DNA from: the human T2T-CHM13v2.0 reference genome, Homo sapiens
Assembly (NCBI RefSeq): GCF_009914755.1
Contig: NC_060943.1
Strand: one strand, 5' to 3'
Length of the DNA stretch: 64,000 bases
Shown: piece by piece, positions 1 to 14,175 of the stretch
Numbering within the stretch: the stretch's first letter is position 1
How the letters are laid out: every line of letters starts with the position of its first letter
Made by a program: the position numbers and the translations under genes
Notes under the pieces: model-generated
What the model saw: only the letters and a program-made list of their open reading frames with translations
Told to the model about the DNA's origin: nothing
The model's database searches: none

Positions 1-1222
<1,222 letters not shown>

Positions 1223-1244
1223 CAAAACATTGCTAAAGTATAGA

Positions 1245-1455
1245 ACATAATTATATGTGCTAGACTTTCATACAACTGGCAGTGAAGTAAGCTTGTTCAC
1301 ACCAGCATGGCCACAAATGCGAGTGATGCCTTGTGCTATGACCTTAGGATGGCTCCTGTTACCAGGAGATAGGAATTTTTCAGCCCTATTGTGATCTTAT
1401 GAGACCATCGTAGTACATGCTTTCAGCACTGACCAAAACATTGCTATGTGGGGCA
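1245..1455 (-). mobile_element. Second tandem copy of the Tigger3 terminal ~210 bp
   Basis: Aligns to 1013-1222. Confidence 0.85.
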
Positions 1456-2061
1456 TCAGCAACTCAGACAGGAAAAAGTTATAATTCCTGAGAGCAGTAC
1501 CAGGTAACTGAGGCCATATTCTGAAATCAAAAATACCAGGAGGCCTGGGTATTTGCCTCCCCTCTCTTCCCTGCTCACCTGGACCAGACAGGCTGCTGCA
1601 AACCCTCAGTCTTCGGATGGACTTGAAGCTGTCAGTCTGTGGCTCTGTCAATCACGGGCCTTTCGAAAAGACTCAAATTCATTAGGAGGGGAAAAAAGCC
1701 TTTAAGAAAATGTTGTCAGAAAGAATCAATCAGTTTAAACATTTAAAAGTAAAATGTGCGTCAGTTAGTCTCCATGGGAAGGTTTTCATATTGCAGGGCA
1801 TTCCCTCCTGGAGCCCCGCATTCTGAAGTTTCCTTCTGAGGCTCGGCTGCTCTTGAGGTGAGGGCAGGGGAGGAGGCAGCAGCAGCCTGTGAGCTGGGGG
1901 TGCTGAGGCTGAGTGAGAAGTGGCCATGTCATTCTCTAGCACTGCACATCTCACATGGATATAAAGAGATGACATGGTTTCAGGTTCTTTATCAGTCAGG
2001 GTAGAGCATAATTATTTGATCTTGTTTTCTGGCTGGCATTGGAGTATCCTATTCATTCCTC

Positions 2062-2367
2062 TTTTTATTTATTTATTAGAGACAGGATTTCCCTCTGTTG
2101 CCCAGGCTGGAGTGCAGTGGTGTGATCAGATCACAGCTCACTGCAGCCTTGAACTCCCTGAATCAAGGGATCCTTCCACCTCAGCCTCCTGATTAGCTGA
2201 GACTACAGGTGTGTGCCACCACACCCATCTAACATTTTTTATGTTCTATAGAGAAGAGGGTCTTACTAAGTTGCCCAGGCTGGTGTCAAACTTCTGGCCT
2301 CACGTGATACTCCTGCCTCAGCCTCCTACTGTTCTGGGATTAAAGGTGCCACTCACTGTGTCCAGTC
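2062..2367 (-). mobile_element. AluJ
   Basis: Diverged reverse Alu; TSD-like ctattcattcctctt / ctattaattcttctt. Confidence 0.9.
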
Positions 2368-2384
2368 TCTATTAATTCTTCTTG

Positions 2385-2538
2385 AAAAGAGAGAAGAAAA
2401 AGAGAAAGAAGGAAGGGAAGAAGAAAGGAAGGGAGGGAGGGAAGGAAGAAGGAGGGGAACAAGGCAAATAAAGCAGGATGAAAGAGAGGGAGGGAGGGAG
2501 GGAGGAAGAAAAGAGGGAGGAAGAGAGGGGAGAGGGGA
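2385..2538. repeat. GA-rich polypurine low-complexity tract
   Basis: Almost pure A/G sequence. Confidence 0.9.
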
Positions 2539-3055
2539 GCAACCTTCATCCATTTGCACTTGATGACGATATAGGCTCCCCACTTTGTGCTCTCTGAGTG
2601 GCTCTCCGAGCTAGTTACCACTGGCTTCATTTTTGTGGTGCAGAGGTGTTAAATAACTTGCTTGAGCACATGCGGCTAGATGGAAAGCATACTCAGAATC
2701 CACTCTTTTAACACATTTTGTTTTGAAAATGCAAAAAGGTAGAAATAAAGACAAGTAAAAGTGGAAATACTCTCTTCAGCCATGAGGTATCTTTCCAGAT
2801 ATAATGGGGCACAACAGACCACCTTTGGAATAGAGTTTGGAGGTGGGGCTGGGGATGAAGTGGTGGGAGAAGGATTTTTTGGAGCGAAGAAGGGGGCTGA
2901 GGATTCCACCTGACACCCTTCTCACTGGGTCAGCATCCAAACAGTCCCTGGGATGGCTTTCTTGGGTGAAAATTAGTTTAAAAATCCAATTGCATACAAT
3001 TTTAAGTAAAGGGACAATTTCTCGAAACATCAGAGTAAAACCCAACCAATAGAGT

Positions 3056-3101
3056 AAAAAACCAAACCAAACCAAACCAAACCAAAACAAAACAAAAACA
3101 A
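3056..3101. repeat. (CCAAA)n/(CAAAA)n microsatellite
   Basis: Direct inspection. Confidence 0.9.
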
Positions 3102-4209
3102 ATCTTCAAGTAGTTTCTTCTATTGGTCTCTTGGAAACTCAAATCTTCACTTGTCAGCAAACCAAACAGCTGCCTACATGGGGAGCTTTCAAAAGCTTTA
3201 GCAAGTACCATGTTCTGGTTTCCCTCTCCCAGTGAATTTCCTTAAACACCTCCCCAGCCAACCAGAAATTCCACCACTGGATATGACGGTGGCCTCGACT
3301 TTTACTTTTGTTCACATGCAAACATCTTAGCAACAAACAACTTACATGTTTTCGGTCCCGACGTGCTTGTCAATGCAGGAAAGTAGCCTAGAAAGGAGAG
3401 TATAAAACATGAAAAGGAAAGGGAAGCATAAGCCAATGACATCCAAGGCTGAAAGAGAGTGGAAAGAACCAAAAACTGATCTGACATCCCTCCATCTCTC
3501 TTTCTTATATAATAAAGTACTTTCTTCATGGCTCACCACAGAGCAATCCAACATGGCACCCAGGTAAGTCATCATCAGGGACAGATACAAAGGAAAATAA
3601 AATTGTCCACAGAGAAATAGAAAAGGCCTGGACATGCCCTCCTCTCCAGCAGGCTGCCACCATTAAGAACTGCACCCTTCCCTTGGCACAGCTGGTGAGT
3701 CCAGGGGACTCCAGGCCTCCGTGGTTACTGTAGCCCCTCTTAATCTCATGAGGATGTGACACAGGGTCGGCTTGCTTTGGAAGTGAACGGGGGAGAAAAG
3801 GGACAGTCAAATATCTGTGACTGATATTTAAATTTAAAACCAATGCTATTTTATTTATTCATTCATTTGATTTCTTTAAAAAATTACCATAATAGCTAGA
3901 AATCCCATTGGCTGTCTTGTGTGTGCATGCACACGTGTTCTGGCACACGCACACACACAGGTTACATTTTTAGGGTACCCAGTTCTTTTCTAAGCATCCC
4001 GGAGGCTCTGAATTGAAAAGGAACTTAAAGCTATATAAATATTCTTCAAGGCCTATATAAAGAATAGGGTCCCCGCCAACTAGTCACTTACTCTTCGCTT
4101 GATCACTTCTAATAATAGGGAACTCACTACTTCCGCATGCAGCCATGCTTCCTGTTTAGACAGCTGACTGTTAGATTTTGACTTAATATAAAGATGAACT
4201 TTCTGTTTC

Positions 4210-4420
4210 TCCACTTACTGAATGCTTTTGGCATTCCAGGCACTGAGCTAAGCCTTCCACACATATCATCTTTGTCAATTATATCAACAGCCCTGTGAGA
4301 CAGGGATGGTTTTACAGAGAAGGAAACTGAGGCTCAGAGAGACAATTTGCTGAAGATCTCATTGTTAGTTAGTGGTCAGGTTGGGGTTTGGTCCTAGGTC
4401 TCCTGGCTTCCAAATTCTCA
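4210..4420 (-). mobile_element. MIR
   Basis: Reverse MIR core tttacagagaaggaaactgaggctcagaga. Confidence 0.85.
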
Positions 4421-4964
4421 GGATTGAATAGTGGGCTTAAGCTTCCATCCTATCAATGGTCCGGCATCATAGAGCCAGGCTAGTTCCCCTTCCCATGGAA
4501 AGCCCGGTAGGAGGATAAGAAAAACTCTCCCATCTTCTCTTTCTGTTCACCTCCACCCCTACCCTTCCCTGGAACCTCATCTTTCACAGGGTAAATAGCC
4601 CATTCCCCAAACCAGCAACCTTTTCCTAAGCATGTTGTAAGTGACCTTTGTGAATGTCACTGTGGAGTAAACAAATAACATTTGTATATTTTCCATGGTG
4701 GTCACTTCCTGCCTATGCTGTCCTCAGGAGCAAATGACAGAGGTGCAGTCCTCAAACAATCACCACCTCCTTAGTGTCTCGCAGCCTCTTCTCGTTGGGC
4801 CGGGAGCAGGGCCTGCAGCATATACATTTCATCTAGCTGATACCTCCTCTGTGATCTCTCCTGCCAACTGGACTCTGAGGTCCTTAAGGAAGGCTTTATT
4901 CATCTTTGTTCTGGCAACACCTGGCAGGGCTCAGGTACACAACTGAAGCTCAACACCTCTCTGC

Positions 4965-5095
4965 AGGAGGAAGGTATGAAAGGAGAAAGGAAGAAAGGGA
5001 GGGAGAAAGGGGAGACAGAGAGAAGGAGGAAAGGAAGAGGTAGGAAGAAAGAAATGGCGGAAGAAAGAGAGGAAGGAAGAAAGGAAATAAAGAAG
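4965..5095. repeat. GA-rich polypurine tract
   Basis: Direct inspection. Confidence 0.85.
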
Positions 5096-5335
5096 GACTC
5101 AATTAGGGGTAAAATTACTTAACTTTTATGAAAGGAAAGCCATTCATATAAATAAAGTCACTTCCTCTTATAGGAAAATACAAAAAGATTTGGGATATAA
5201 TCATTGGCTGATTATAGAGATAACCTAGTGATATTCTACCATTTGGAAAACTACTTTTTAGTTCTTACTGGTCAAGTAGTAAATCGGAAGTATCCAAATC
5301 ACAATCATTTGTTTGTTCTTAAAAATCTAAATTAA

Positions 5336-5640
5336 GGCCGGGCGCGGTGGCTCATGCCTGTAATCCCAGCACTTTGGGAAACTGAGGCAGGTGTATCACC
5401 TGAGGTTAAGGGTTCGAGACTAGTCTGGCCAACATGGTGAAACCCTGTCTCTACAAAAAATACAAAAAATTAGCCGGGCGTTGTGGCGGGCACCTGTAAT
5501 CCCAGCTACTCGGGAGGCTGAGGCAGGAGAATTGCTTGAACCTGGGAGGTGGAGGTTTCAGTGAGCCACTGAAGAGATCATGCCGCTGCACACCAGCCTG
5601 GGCAACAAGAGCCAAACTCCATCTCAAAAAAAAAAAAAAA
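5336..5640 (+). mobile_element. AluS (Sq-like)
   Basis: ggccgggcgcggtggctca start, poly-A tail, TSD aaaaatctaaatta on both sides, caacaagag diagnostic. Confidence 0.95.
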
Positions 5641-7989
5641 TCTAAATTAGGTAAATTAGAAATTTTTCAAAAAATGAAAATAAGTGTTTGAATCTCCAAC
5701 TGCTTTTGAGAGGTTGGCAGTTGTGGCCAGTCATTTCTTCCTGGCAAAAGCTGGCTGAAGTTGAGCGGCACATGCTGGTATAGAAGGAGCTCCTGACCCT
5801 GGGTTCATGATGGACCCTGCCCAGACCCCCACACTTTGTGTAATTCCTGTCTGTCCAGGGAGCTGTCTGCAATGGTGGCCTCTGTCTTTCATCTGTGTGT
5901 GTTATTTTCACACTGAGTGAAAGTGAAACAAGTTCATTCATTCTTGTCCATGGATCCTTGCAAATCTCCAGCTCTGAAATCCTTTAATTCTAAGTCTTGT
6001 TCTTAAGGTGCCCAGGAACCACCAGCACTGGCCAGCCACACAGAAGGCAGTCCCTGCAACCTTGCTTAGTGACGGTGCTGAGCCCTCCACTTACCAGCTC
6101 CATTTATGAATGCTAGTATTTAAGGCCTGAGATCTTATTTTCAAATAAATTGCAGCACACCAAACTGAGTTTTGTTTTGGGAATTTGTGAGATTGTCTCA
6201 AGACTAGCCCCCTAATGTGGGGCCAAACAGCAAGGACAGAAAAAACATCAGGGTTCCACCGTCTCCCAGTCCCCCCAAAGCCCTGGACTATCTGAATGTG
6301 ACAAAACTAACTTGTATTCTCAAATGTCCATCCTACACATCCCCAGCCCCTGTCTCACCTGTCAGTCTCTCTCAGTTAGTTTGCAAGGAACACAAAATTG
6401 TATATAGAGTCTGAAAGTGAATAGACTATGCCTTCATGGCATGGCCTTATTGGTGAAACCCCAAGGTCAAGAGGCAGGAGAACCCACAGCACCTCTGCAG
6501 GCAGGGATGCCTTCCTGAGGCTCAGTTTTGGAGACAGGCAGGCGCTTTATGGGGCCTGTTAGTGGGCACCATATACATCAGATGACTCAGTCCGCTGTGT
6601 TCCTCTTGATGCCGCTGAACTGCTTGCAAGACGATTTCTTTGAGCTTCCTTCCTCCCTTCGTCGAGCAGAGGGGGTAAGTCAGGGAACGCTTTTATGTGG
6701 CTGCTGCGTTTCCAAATGTTCCTCTATGATTGACAGCTCTGCATTCAGCTTCCCATTATGGCACCTGCAGATAATGAGATATCTTGAAACCGGAATTTCC
6801 AGCGCCTGAGCCTGCCAGGAATATTATCATCAGTGTTCTAGAAAGCCATTCCCGCTGCACACATGACCTCTACAAATTTGAAATGTCAAAACACAGCCAG
6901 GAGCTGAAACCAAGGCCACTCCAGTCCAAGTGGCTATTGGCTCTTGAATATACAGGAAGGAGTCCTCTATCTTGGGAGAATTATGGATTACCAGAAAATA
7001 GTGATCTTTTCATTAACCTATATGTATTTAGAATGTAGATAATGTCTGTCTTTTATCATTCGCATAGCCTGTGTGTGGGGGGACCTGAGAAATGAAGGCC
7101 TGGGCATTCCCCAGAGAATCCAGGACTCTTTGGGGGCTAACTCAGGCCATCAAATCTCCTCATCCTCAGTGGCAATCTGGGGCTTAATTTTGTAGACGTT
7201 ATAGCCACCTAGACCTTGTTGTGTTATCAAAGAGGATAAAGGTAGAGGAAACTCAGTCCTACCTTTGGAATTGGAAGTTTAATCTTCTACTTGTTCATTT
7301 TCTTCTGTCTCTTTCACTTGGGCTACAAGCTTAGAGTCCTCAGCACAAGGGGGTTATGGGCTCACCTGTCTACTCAACTGAGCTTCTGGTCTGTGCCATT
7401 CACTATGTTGTGTGCTTAATATGAATTAGATATTTTAGGAGCTTGCTATATACAGACGGTGGCACTTGGTGAAGGATTTTGTTATCACCCTCAACAGGGA
7501 GAAGCAGAGGGTCAGGTGACTGATGGGGGGTAGAAGGAGGAAAAGGGTATTTGGAGAGCCTGCTCTTGGAGCTGGGCTACAAGGTTGGGTGGGATTTTCT
7601 TACAGGCATAAACTGATGAGAGTGAGGGTCATGGATTGACAGGTTTTACATGCAGATGGTTGCTCATGAACAAAGTCCTGTAGGTCTAGAAGTACATGGC
7701 ACATCTTGGGGGCAGCAAGAGGTTGGGAGGGCCTGGATCACAGAGGGGCTGCACACAATGGGAGACCTGGCTAAAGAGGGCAAACAGGCCCTCCCAACAA
7801 AGGCCCGAGAGCCAGCAGGGCTGGGCCATTTCCCCAAAGTCTGAAGACTCGGAGTCTGTAGAAATGGCTCTTACAACCTTTATCTCTTTCTTCCTTTCCA
7901 TGTTGTTGATAGGCCAGTCTTCCCTCCCTCTCCCCAGTTCTCCATCCACGGCAGAGTTGACCCTATAGCTAGGTTCTAAGGGCAGACAC

Positions 7990-8420
7990 AGAAGCCACAT
8001 GCGGCCACCTTCAAGAGCTCTTCATCGTTCCATCAGAGCGACTGGTTCAGGATGAACTATGACCCAAATTGGGCCACTGAGAATCAGCCTTGAGATTTTA
8101 GCTGGTGTCTTCATGAGCCAGGTCTGCTATTTCCACAGAGATTTCTAGGCAGGCAAAATAGAAGCTTGGCACTGCTGGTGGTCATCTTGCACTGCCTGGA
8201 GAAAGATGAGCTATGGATGTGCCAGTGTGGAGGAACGCAGAGCAGAGATGGGAAAGGTGGAGTTCTCCTGGTGTCATTCAGCACCTGACTTCAGCCATTT
8301 CTGAAGCCAGCTTCCATCCCTGGATTGTACCCTGGGAGATGATACATTTTTATTTATGTATTACTTGAAACAAGTTTTAGTTGAACTTCTGTCTCTTGAA
8401 ACCACAAATAATCATAGTAT
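7990..8420 (+). mobile_element. Old MaLR LTR (MLT1J/K-like)
   Basis: actggttcaggatg..tgacccaa, cttcagccatttctgaagcca, 3' end ttctgtctcttgaaaccaca. Confidence 0.65.
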
Positions 8421-9204
8421 GTGTAACAGCACGCATTGGCATAGCAAGTAGTCCTGTTCTCACCACAATGGCTTTGGGGATAACGCATTGGTACCTGATT
8501 GGATATTGAGATGAGGTATTGCACAAACAGTTGAAGGCTATGCATGCACATTTTTCTAGACACTTCACTACTTTTCTACTCACTTGGTCTCTCTCTAAGA
8601 CCTCAGACCCTGCTGACAGGTGCAAAGACATCCACTCCATTCCCTCAGTGCAGATCTTCTAGGTGTCCACAAGAGAAGCCCATTAGGACCCCAAAACTCA
8701 GAGCTAGCAAAGCAGAAAACTCAGACCAGTTACTCCAAGTGGAGCTACACACTCAGGAGATCTCCGTGGACAGGTTCAGAATCCCACTGAAGACCCGGTC
8801 TAGCCCAGGTCAGCATGGGCAGACTCAGGAGTGGGAGCCTGCTCTGGGTGGAAGCCCAAGTGGTCCAGAGGTGTCCCCTGCAGGGGGGCCTCTAGCTAAA
8901 CTGGGTGGGACCTCTTCCTCCTTCCTCTTGGAGGCTTTGGCTACATGGGGGAGTGAGCAATGGGCCTCCTGCTCCTCCGGGAAGCAGATATGGCTGAGGC
9001 CTGCCCTCCTCCAATGGGGCCTGGACAGCAGGCTTTTCTCAGCACATGAAGACAAATTCAGCCCAGAGGGTTTCTCTCCTGGTTAAGCTAAGGATATGAA
9101 GTTGGTCAGGGAGGACGAACCACATTCTTAAAAGGCATCCTGAATAAAATGGCTCAATAACCACAGAAGATTGGAAAATCATATTCCAGTGCCTCAGAAC
9201 CCCC

Positions 9205-10033
9205 ACCACACATGCACACATATATACACAGGCACACATACATATATGCACACACATGCACACATACATACACACATAGGCGCAAACATAGACATATATA
9301 CACCTATAGACACATGTTCACACATACACACATGCACACACATATATGCATGCATACACATGAACATATAGACACACACATACACATGTAGACATAAACA
9401 TAGACATACAGACACATATAGACACATATGCATGTACACGTATACAAACACACATGCATACGTGCACAAAGACACAGTGCACACACAGACACATACATAG
9501 ACACATCTACACATATAGACACACACAAATATACACATAGACACATATACACATAGACAAACACACATATAGACACATATACACACATAGAAACAGACAT
9601 ACACACTGAGACACACATATACACACATACACACATAGACACACATACATTCATAGACACACACTTACACATATAGACACATCTATACACATACAGACAC
9701 CACAAATATACACATAGACGCTATCCACACATAGACATGTAAACATACACACATAGACACACACAATACAAAGATACACACATACACATACTCACATAAA
9801 AACACACATGCATACACAAAGGCACAGAGACACACAGACACACACATAGACACACATACGGACACATACACACAGATACACAAACACACATATACACATG
9901 CACACAAACATACACAGAGACACGCACACACACACAGCCACACACAGAAACACATATAGACACAGGCACATAAAACACAAGTACACACAGATACACACTA
10001 ACACCAATATCACACACACACATACACACACAC
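9205..10033. repeat. ~830 bp degenerate (CA)n/(CATA)n/(CATAGA)n simple repeat
   Basis: Direct inspection; source of the Cys/Val/Met-rich ORFs. Confidence 0.95.
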
Positions 10034-10229
10034 TACTTTCTAAAGACTCGAAGGAGTCCTATCAGGGAAAATGCACACGACTTGTCTGTCAGGCCAGCTG
10101 GCCCTAACAATGGAGGCGTGTGTCCCCACTGAATAATTGACCTTACCCCAGGATCCCCAGAAAGCTTTTTTTTTTTTTTTTTTTTTTGTTTTTCTTTTCC
10201 TCCCAATAGCATCTGAGGACAAAGAGACA

Positions 10230-10610
10230 CTTGCAGTAGCGGAACAGGCCTCTCCGGGTAAAATTAGAACTGTCTCTAGAAAGGTGCACGCATGTGCTCC
10301 AACATACAGCAAATAATTTATTGTCAGGTGCAATTCCCCTGCTTGAAGATCGGGTGGCTCTCTGGCCATCCACGCCAGACTGGAAAGCAGTGTCCCTAGT
10401 CCCCGGATCCTGTCCAGCTGAGCGTAGACGGCAGTAGCCAGGGACTGGCAGCACAGGCTGTGTGACCGGGGCAGGGCTGGGAGAGAAAATGGCCGCCCTG
10501 TCGCCAGGTCCTTCTGTGTGTGGCCCTGTCAGGAAGGAGCCGGAGCTCCGGCCGGGGCTGGCTGGCTCCCGCTAAGTACTAACGCCACGGTGGCGGTGGG
10601 GGACAGGAGA
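10230..10610. promoter_or_regulatory. Small CpG-rich element with a YY1-type motif (candidate enhancer/promoter)
   Basis: Local CpG cluster in CpG-depleted DNA; AAAATGGCCGCC at ~10486-10497. Confidence 0.4.
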
Positions 10611-11306
10611 TGAGAGACAGAACAGGGCAGCTGCAAATGGAAATCACCCTAGGGAAGGTTACAACTAGATAAAGTTTTCGACAATAAGATTCCAGAGACT
10701 GCTGACGGGAGCAAAGCTCCGTATTTTAGTCTCAGTACAAATTTGCTTCAATCTTATACAACTCCCATGCAGCATTGCCCACAGCTGCATGCTGTAAACA
10801 ACAAACAAATCTATTTCCATCAGCCCTGCTGATGCCAGGAGAAAAGTGCCTGAGCAGAAGACATGCACAGATGCAAACCCTCACCTGAGCCTGGCGCTGC
10901 CCTCCATTTGGCCTCTCTAACTTAATATCGTTGTTACAAAGCTATTGGTCTCCTGGTAGCTAGCTGGCTCAACGCAGTGCCTCTTCTTCCAGCTAATCTG
11001 ACAACTCCGATCCAAGAAGCATCAAGGGCCCAATTAAGAAGACACATCTTATCAAGGAGCTTATTTTGCATAACAGAATACAAATGACGAATAAAAATTT
11101 AATGTTTAATAACTTAGTACAAAGAGGGCTGTTGATATAGAATGCCTGGAATTTTTATGGAGGCTGTCAGACTTGTGATAAAACTGTTATATAGGAACAC
11201 TTGGCAAAAAACAGCGTAGAATTTTTCAGTAATGGTGTGTGCATGATATTGCATTAATTCTTGATAGGGAACTAACTGTAAGCCAGTTTGAGTTTCAGTG
11301 TAAGAT

Positions 11307-11356
11307 GGTGTGTGTGTGTGCGTGCGTGTGTGTGTGTGCATGCGCGTGTGTGTGTC
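11307..11356. repeat. (TG)n/(CGTG) microsatellite
   Basis: Direct inspection. Confidence 0.9.
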
Positions 11357-11879
11357 GTGCTCTATCCAGAATGCTCTGAGGGTGTGGCTGGACATGCACC
11401 CATGCCTTTATGGAGGAGAATCAAAGTGCATTTTATTGAGGACTTTGCAGAGAAGTTGCTCAGTCCTGCATAAGACATCTGGGTGTGTCTTATCTAGAAC
11501 AGAAATGGCAGGAAATGAGTGGGGTCACTTTCTGTAGTAACTATCCTGACACCAAGAGTTGGGCAGGATTCTTAAGGGTTGCTTGGGAGCATTGGAAATT
11601 CTCCATGACCTCTGTATGAGGGTGAGTGTGTGACACGGAGGAACAGTGTGTGGGAGGGTGCCTCGCTAGTCTCTGGTCTCCGAAATTTGATCCCTGGAAG
11701 CAGCTAATAGAGATATGCACAAAAATTCATGCCTGAGCTGGATACTTATCGACTCCGCAGAGCTTTCCTATTGCTTTAGCCATGAGGACATCTTTCAATG
11801 ATGCTTTCATTCAAATATTTACTGACACCCTAAACTTGGCTCAGCTCTGGAAGGAAAGCCACAGTTCTTCCAGGCCCCT

Positions 11880-12110
11880 CTAGAAAGCGGGTCTGTGGCC
11901 ACAGGATTGACTCTTGTCTCTGCCACGCACTACCTGCAAGATACTTGAACAAGTTACCCGACTTCTCCAAACTTCCATTTCTTCAATGTAAATCGAATTA
12001 TGAATGGTACCTACCTCTCTGACTTAAAGTGATCACCCAGCCTTGGCATTTAGCACGGAGTCGGGAGCACAGGAAACTCTGGATGTATATCAGCCTTCTA
12101 TCACGTTATC
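11880..12110 (+). mobile_element. MIR
   Basis: ctctgccac..acttgaacaagttac..ttcttcaatgtaaa..gtacctacctc. Confidence 0.7.
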
Positions 12111-13616
12111 GATGCATTTCAGAGCAATTGCATCTCCCAAGCTTTGGCCCAGAGGAGCATTGGTGTCCACACTCTGAATGGCTTTAGGCTGATTGGAAAA
12201 ATTCTTGACATTATGGCTGTGTCTCCACAAAATTCCAAATGTCTGTCGAGAGAAATTGAGCCTTCATCTCTAGTAATGCTTTATTTTTAAAGTGGCCATT
12301 AACTAGGGCTAAACTCCTGCTGAATTAGAGAGGAACCCTTTCAGATAGATGTACATATCACATCTATATGAATGCAAGATGAATTTCATACTCATCCTGT
12401 CCTATTGCATTAGTGTTATTACATTGAATACTAAATGAATTTCTAATGATTGGACACTCAGAGGAAAATATGACCCTTCACAGTAGTCGTCAAACTCTAT
12501 AGGTGGATTGGAAATTGTCCGGTGGGGGCTTATCCTACTGGCAAAAAGAACACACGACCCAAAACACAACCTTAAACATTATTGTGTGGGCTACTGGAAA
12601 GCATAATTTACTTGATGAGGCTAATATTCAAATGCAAACTTATATTAGAATTAACACTACAGGAGGGGCTTTTACATGGAGGATTTGTTACAGAAATAAA
12701 ATCTATCGGTAACACTTTCATTGTTCCATCATTATGATCTCATTTGGTATTCACTGTAATGGCACCGATCATAATGAATTTGTTTGATATTCATGTGGTT
12801 CTCCCACACATTAACAGAGTTTCTGTTATAATTCACCATCCAATAAGCATTAGTTAATGCAGACTTTAGACCAATAAAGATGGTCTATCCCACCCCTAGA
12901 GTTGCCTGGAGCTGTCTAAGAGTTCAGGGACATTTTGATATTGAATGATCCTCCTGCTTCCTCCTGGTTCCCATGCCATCCCTCAAGCTGGAGAGGGCTT
13001 TCTGAATCCCAAACTGGACATAAACAAGAATGGTCTCCATTTAGTTTTTGGAGCCCAGAGGAGCAGTTGGAGCTGCACCCTTTGATGCCACCAGTTCAAC
13101 CCTCACAGATGTGGACTGTAGAATTACCCTCCTTTCTCCCTGTCTCACTGGGACTCCATGGGGGCCCAGCTAAACAATGCTCCCAGCAAAATGCTACTCA
13201 TGCCAGAGTATATAAGCCAGTCCACTCTCCAAAATAACTTCCTACAAAAAATTTCAGGGCTGTGCTTTGGCGTTTGGACAAATGTTTACTCTGCCTTGGA
13301 TCCCTCAGCCAGGGAGTGAAGCCAGTTTCTCAGCAGCTCTGACTCGTTGGCAATCAAGTACCCCAACCCCAGAGAAAATAAAATCTGACTGATACTGGCC
13401 CAGTTACTTCATCACTTGTCAGGGCACTGGGTGAGAGCTCTCTATTAAACTCTCTGGTAATTAAACTTGTGAAATGTCCCTATGATGCTTCTTAGTAATG
13501 GGTTTACCTGAGTGCACTGTCCAGGAGGGACTTGCCTTGCCATGCCACTGGGAGGGATGGTTCCATCCCTAACCACCACTCTTTCTGTTTCAATTGCCCA
13601 AATATTTATTACAAGG

Positions 13617-13654
13617 AATGGCAAAACCGCAATTGCTTTTGCACCAAACTAATA
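13617..13654. mobile_element. Solo Hsmar1 TIR / half MADE1
   Basis: aatggcaaaaccgcaattgcttttgcaccaaactaa+ta matches the right half of the MADE1 consensus. Confidence 0.85.
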
Positions 13655-13999
13655 ATACTCATCCAGTACTTCTAGAAAACTTGTGAGCCAGCATCAATTT
13701 TCAAGAGCAAGGTGCTGCCCACGATTATCTTGAAAATAATGTCTGATCAGTTTCTTAGTACTTGGAGAACTCTGACCTCCAGGCTAAGGGCATGATGTGC
13801 AAATCCACACTCCTTAAATCTTCAGTGCCTTTTGCAAAGACACACTCTAACCCCAGGCCTGAGGTAAGAGGACAGGGAAGCAGGTCTTCTAGTGCCTTTG
13901 TAAGGGATGCCGGTATGGTGAGCAAGCATGTACACAATCCAAAGAGGTGGGGCTTCCTGTCCTCCCAGAAAGAAGTGAATCCTCAGGAGGATTTCTCCC

Positions 14000-14175
14000 C
14001 TGGCTATCTGAGCGTCTTTGGACAAGTTGCTTGCCCACTGGCAATCAAATGAATTAAATGGCCCAGTGATCCTCAAAATAAACTTTTCCATCTGTAAAAT
14101 GAAGATAATATAATAGTTGCAAAGATTAAGGAACCTAAGGTATGTAGAAATAGCACTCATCCAAGCTCTAACATA
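14000..14175 (+). mobile_element. MIR fragment
   Basis: tttggacaagttgctt..catctgtaaaatgaagataata. Confidence 0.65.

Noticed and set aside
8544-9086. 180-aa ORF
   Set aside because: No recognisable domain or exon structure; compatible with a chance ORF in GC-rich DNA
9039-10107. Cys/Val/Met-rich and His/Thr-rich ORFs
   Set aside because: Artefacts of the (CA)n-type repeat
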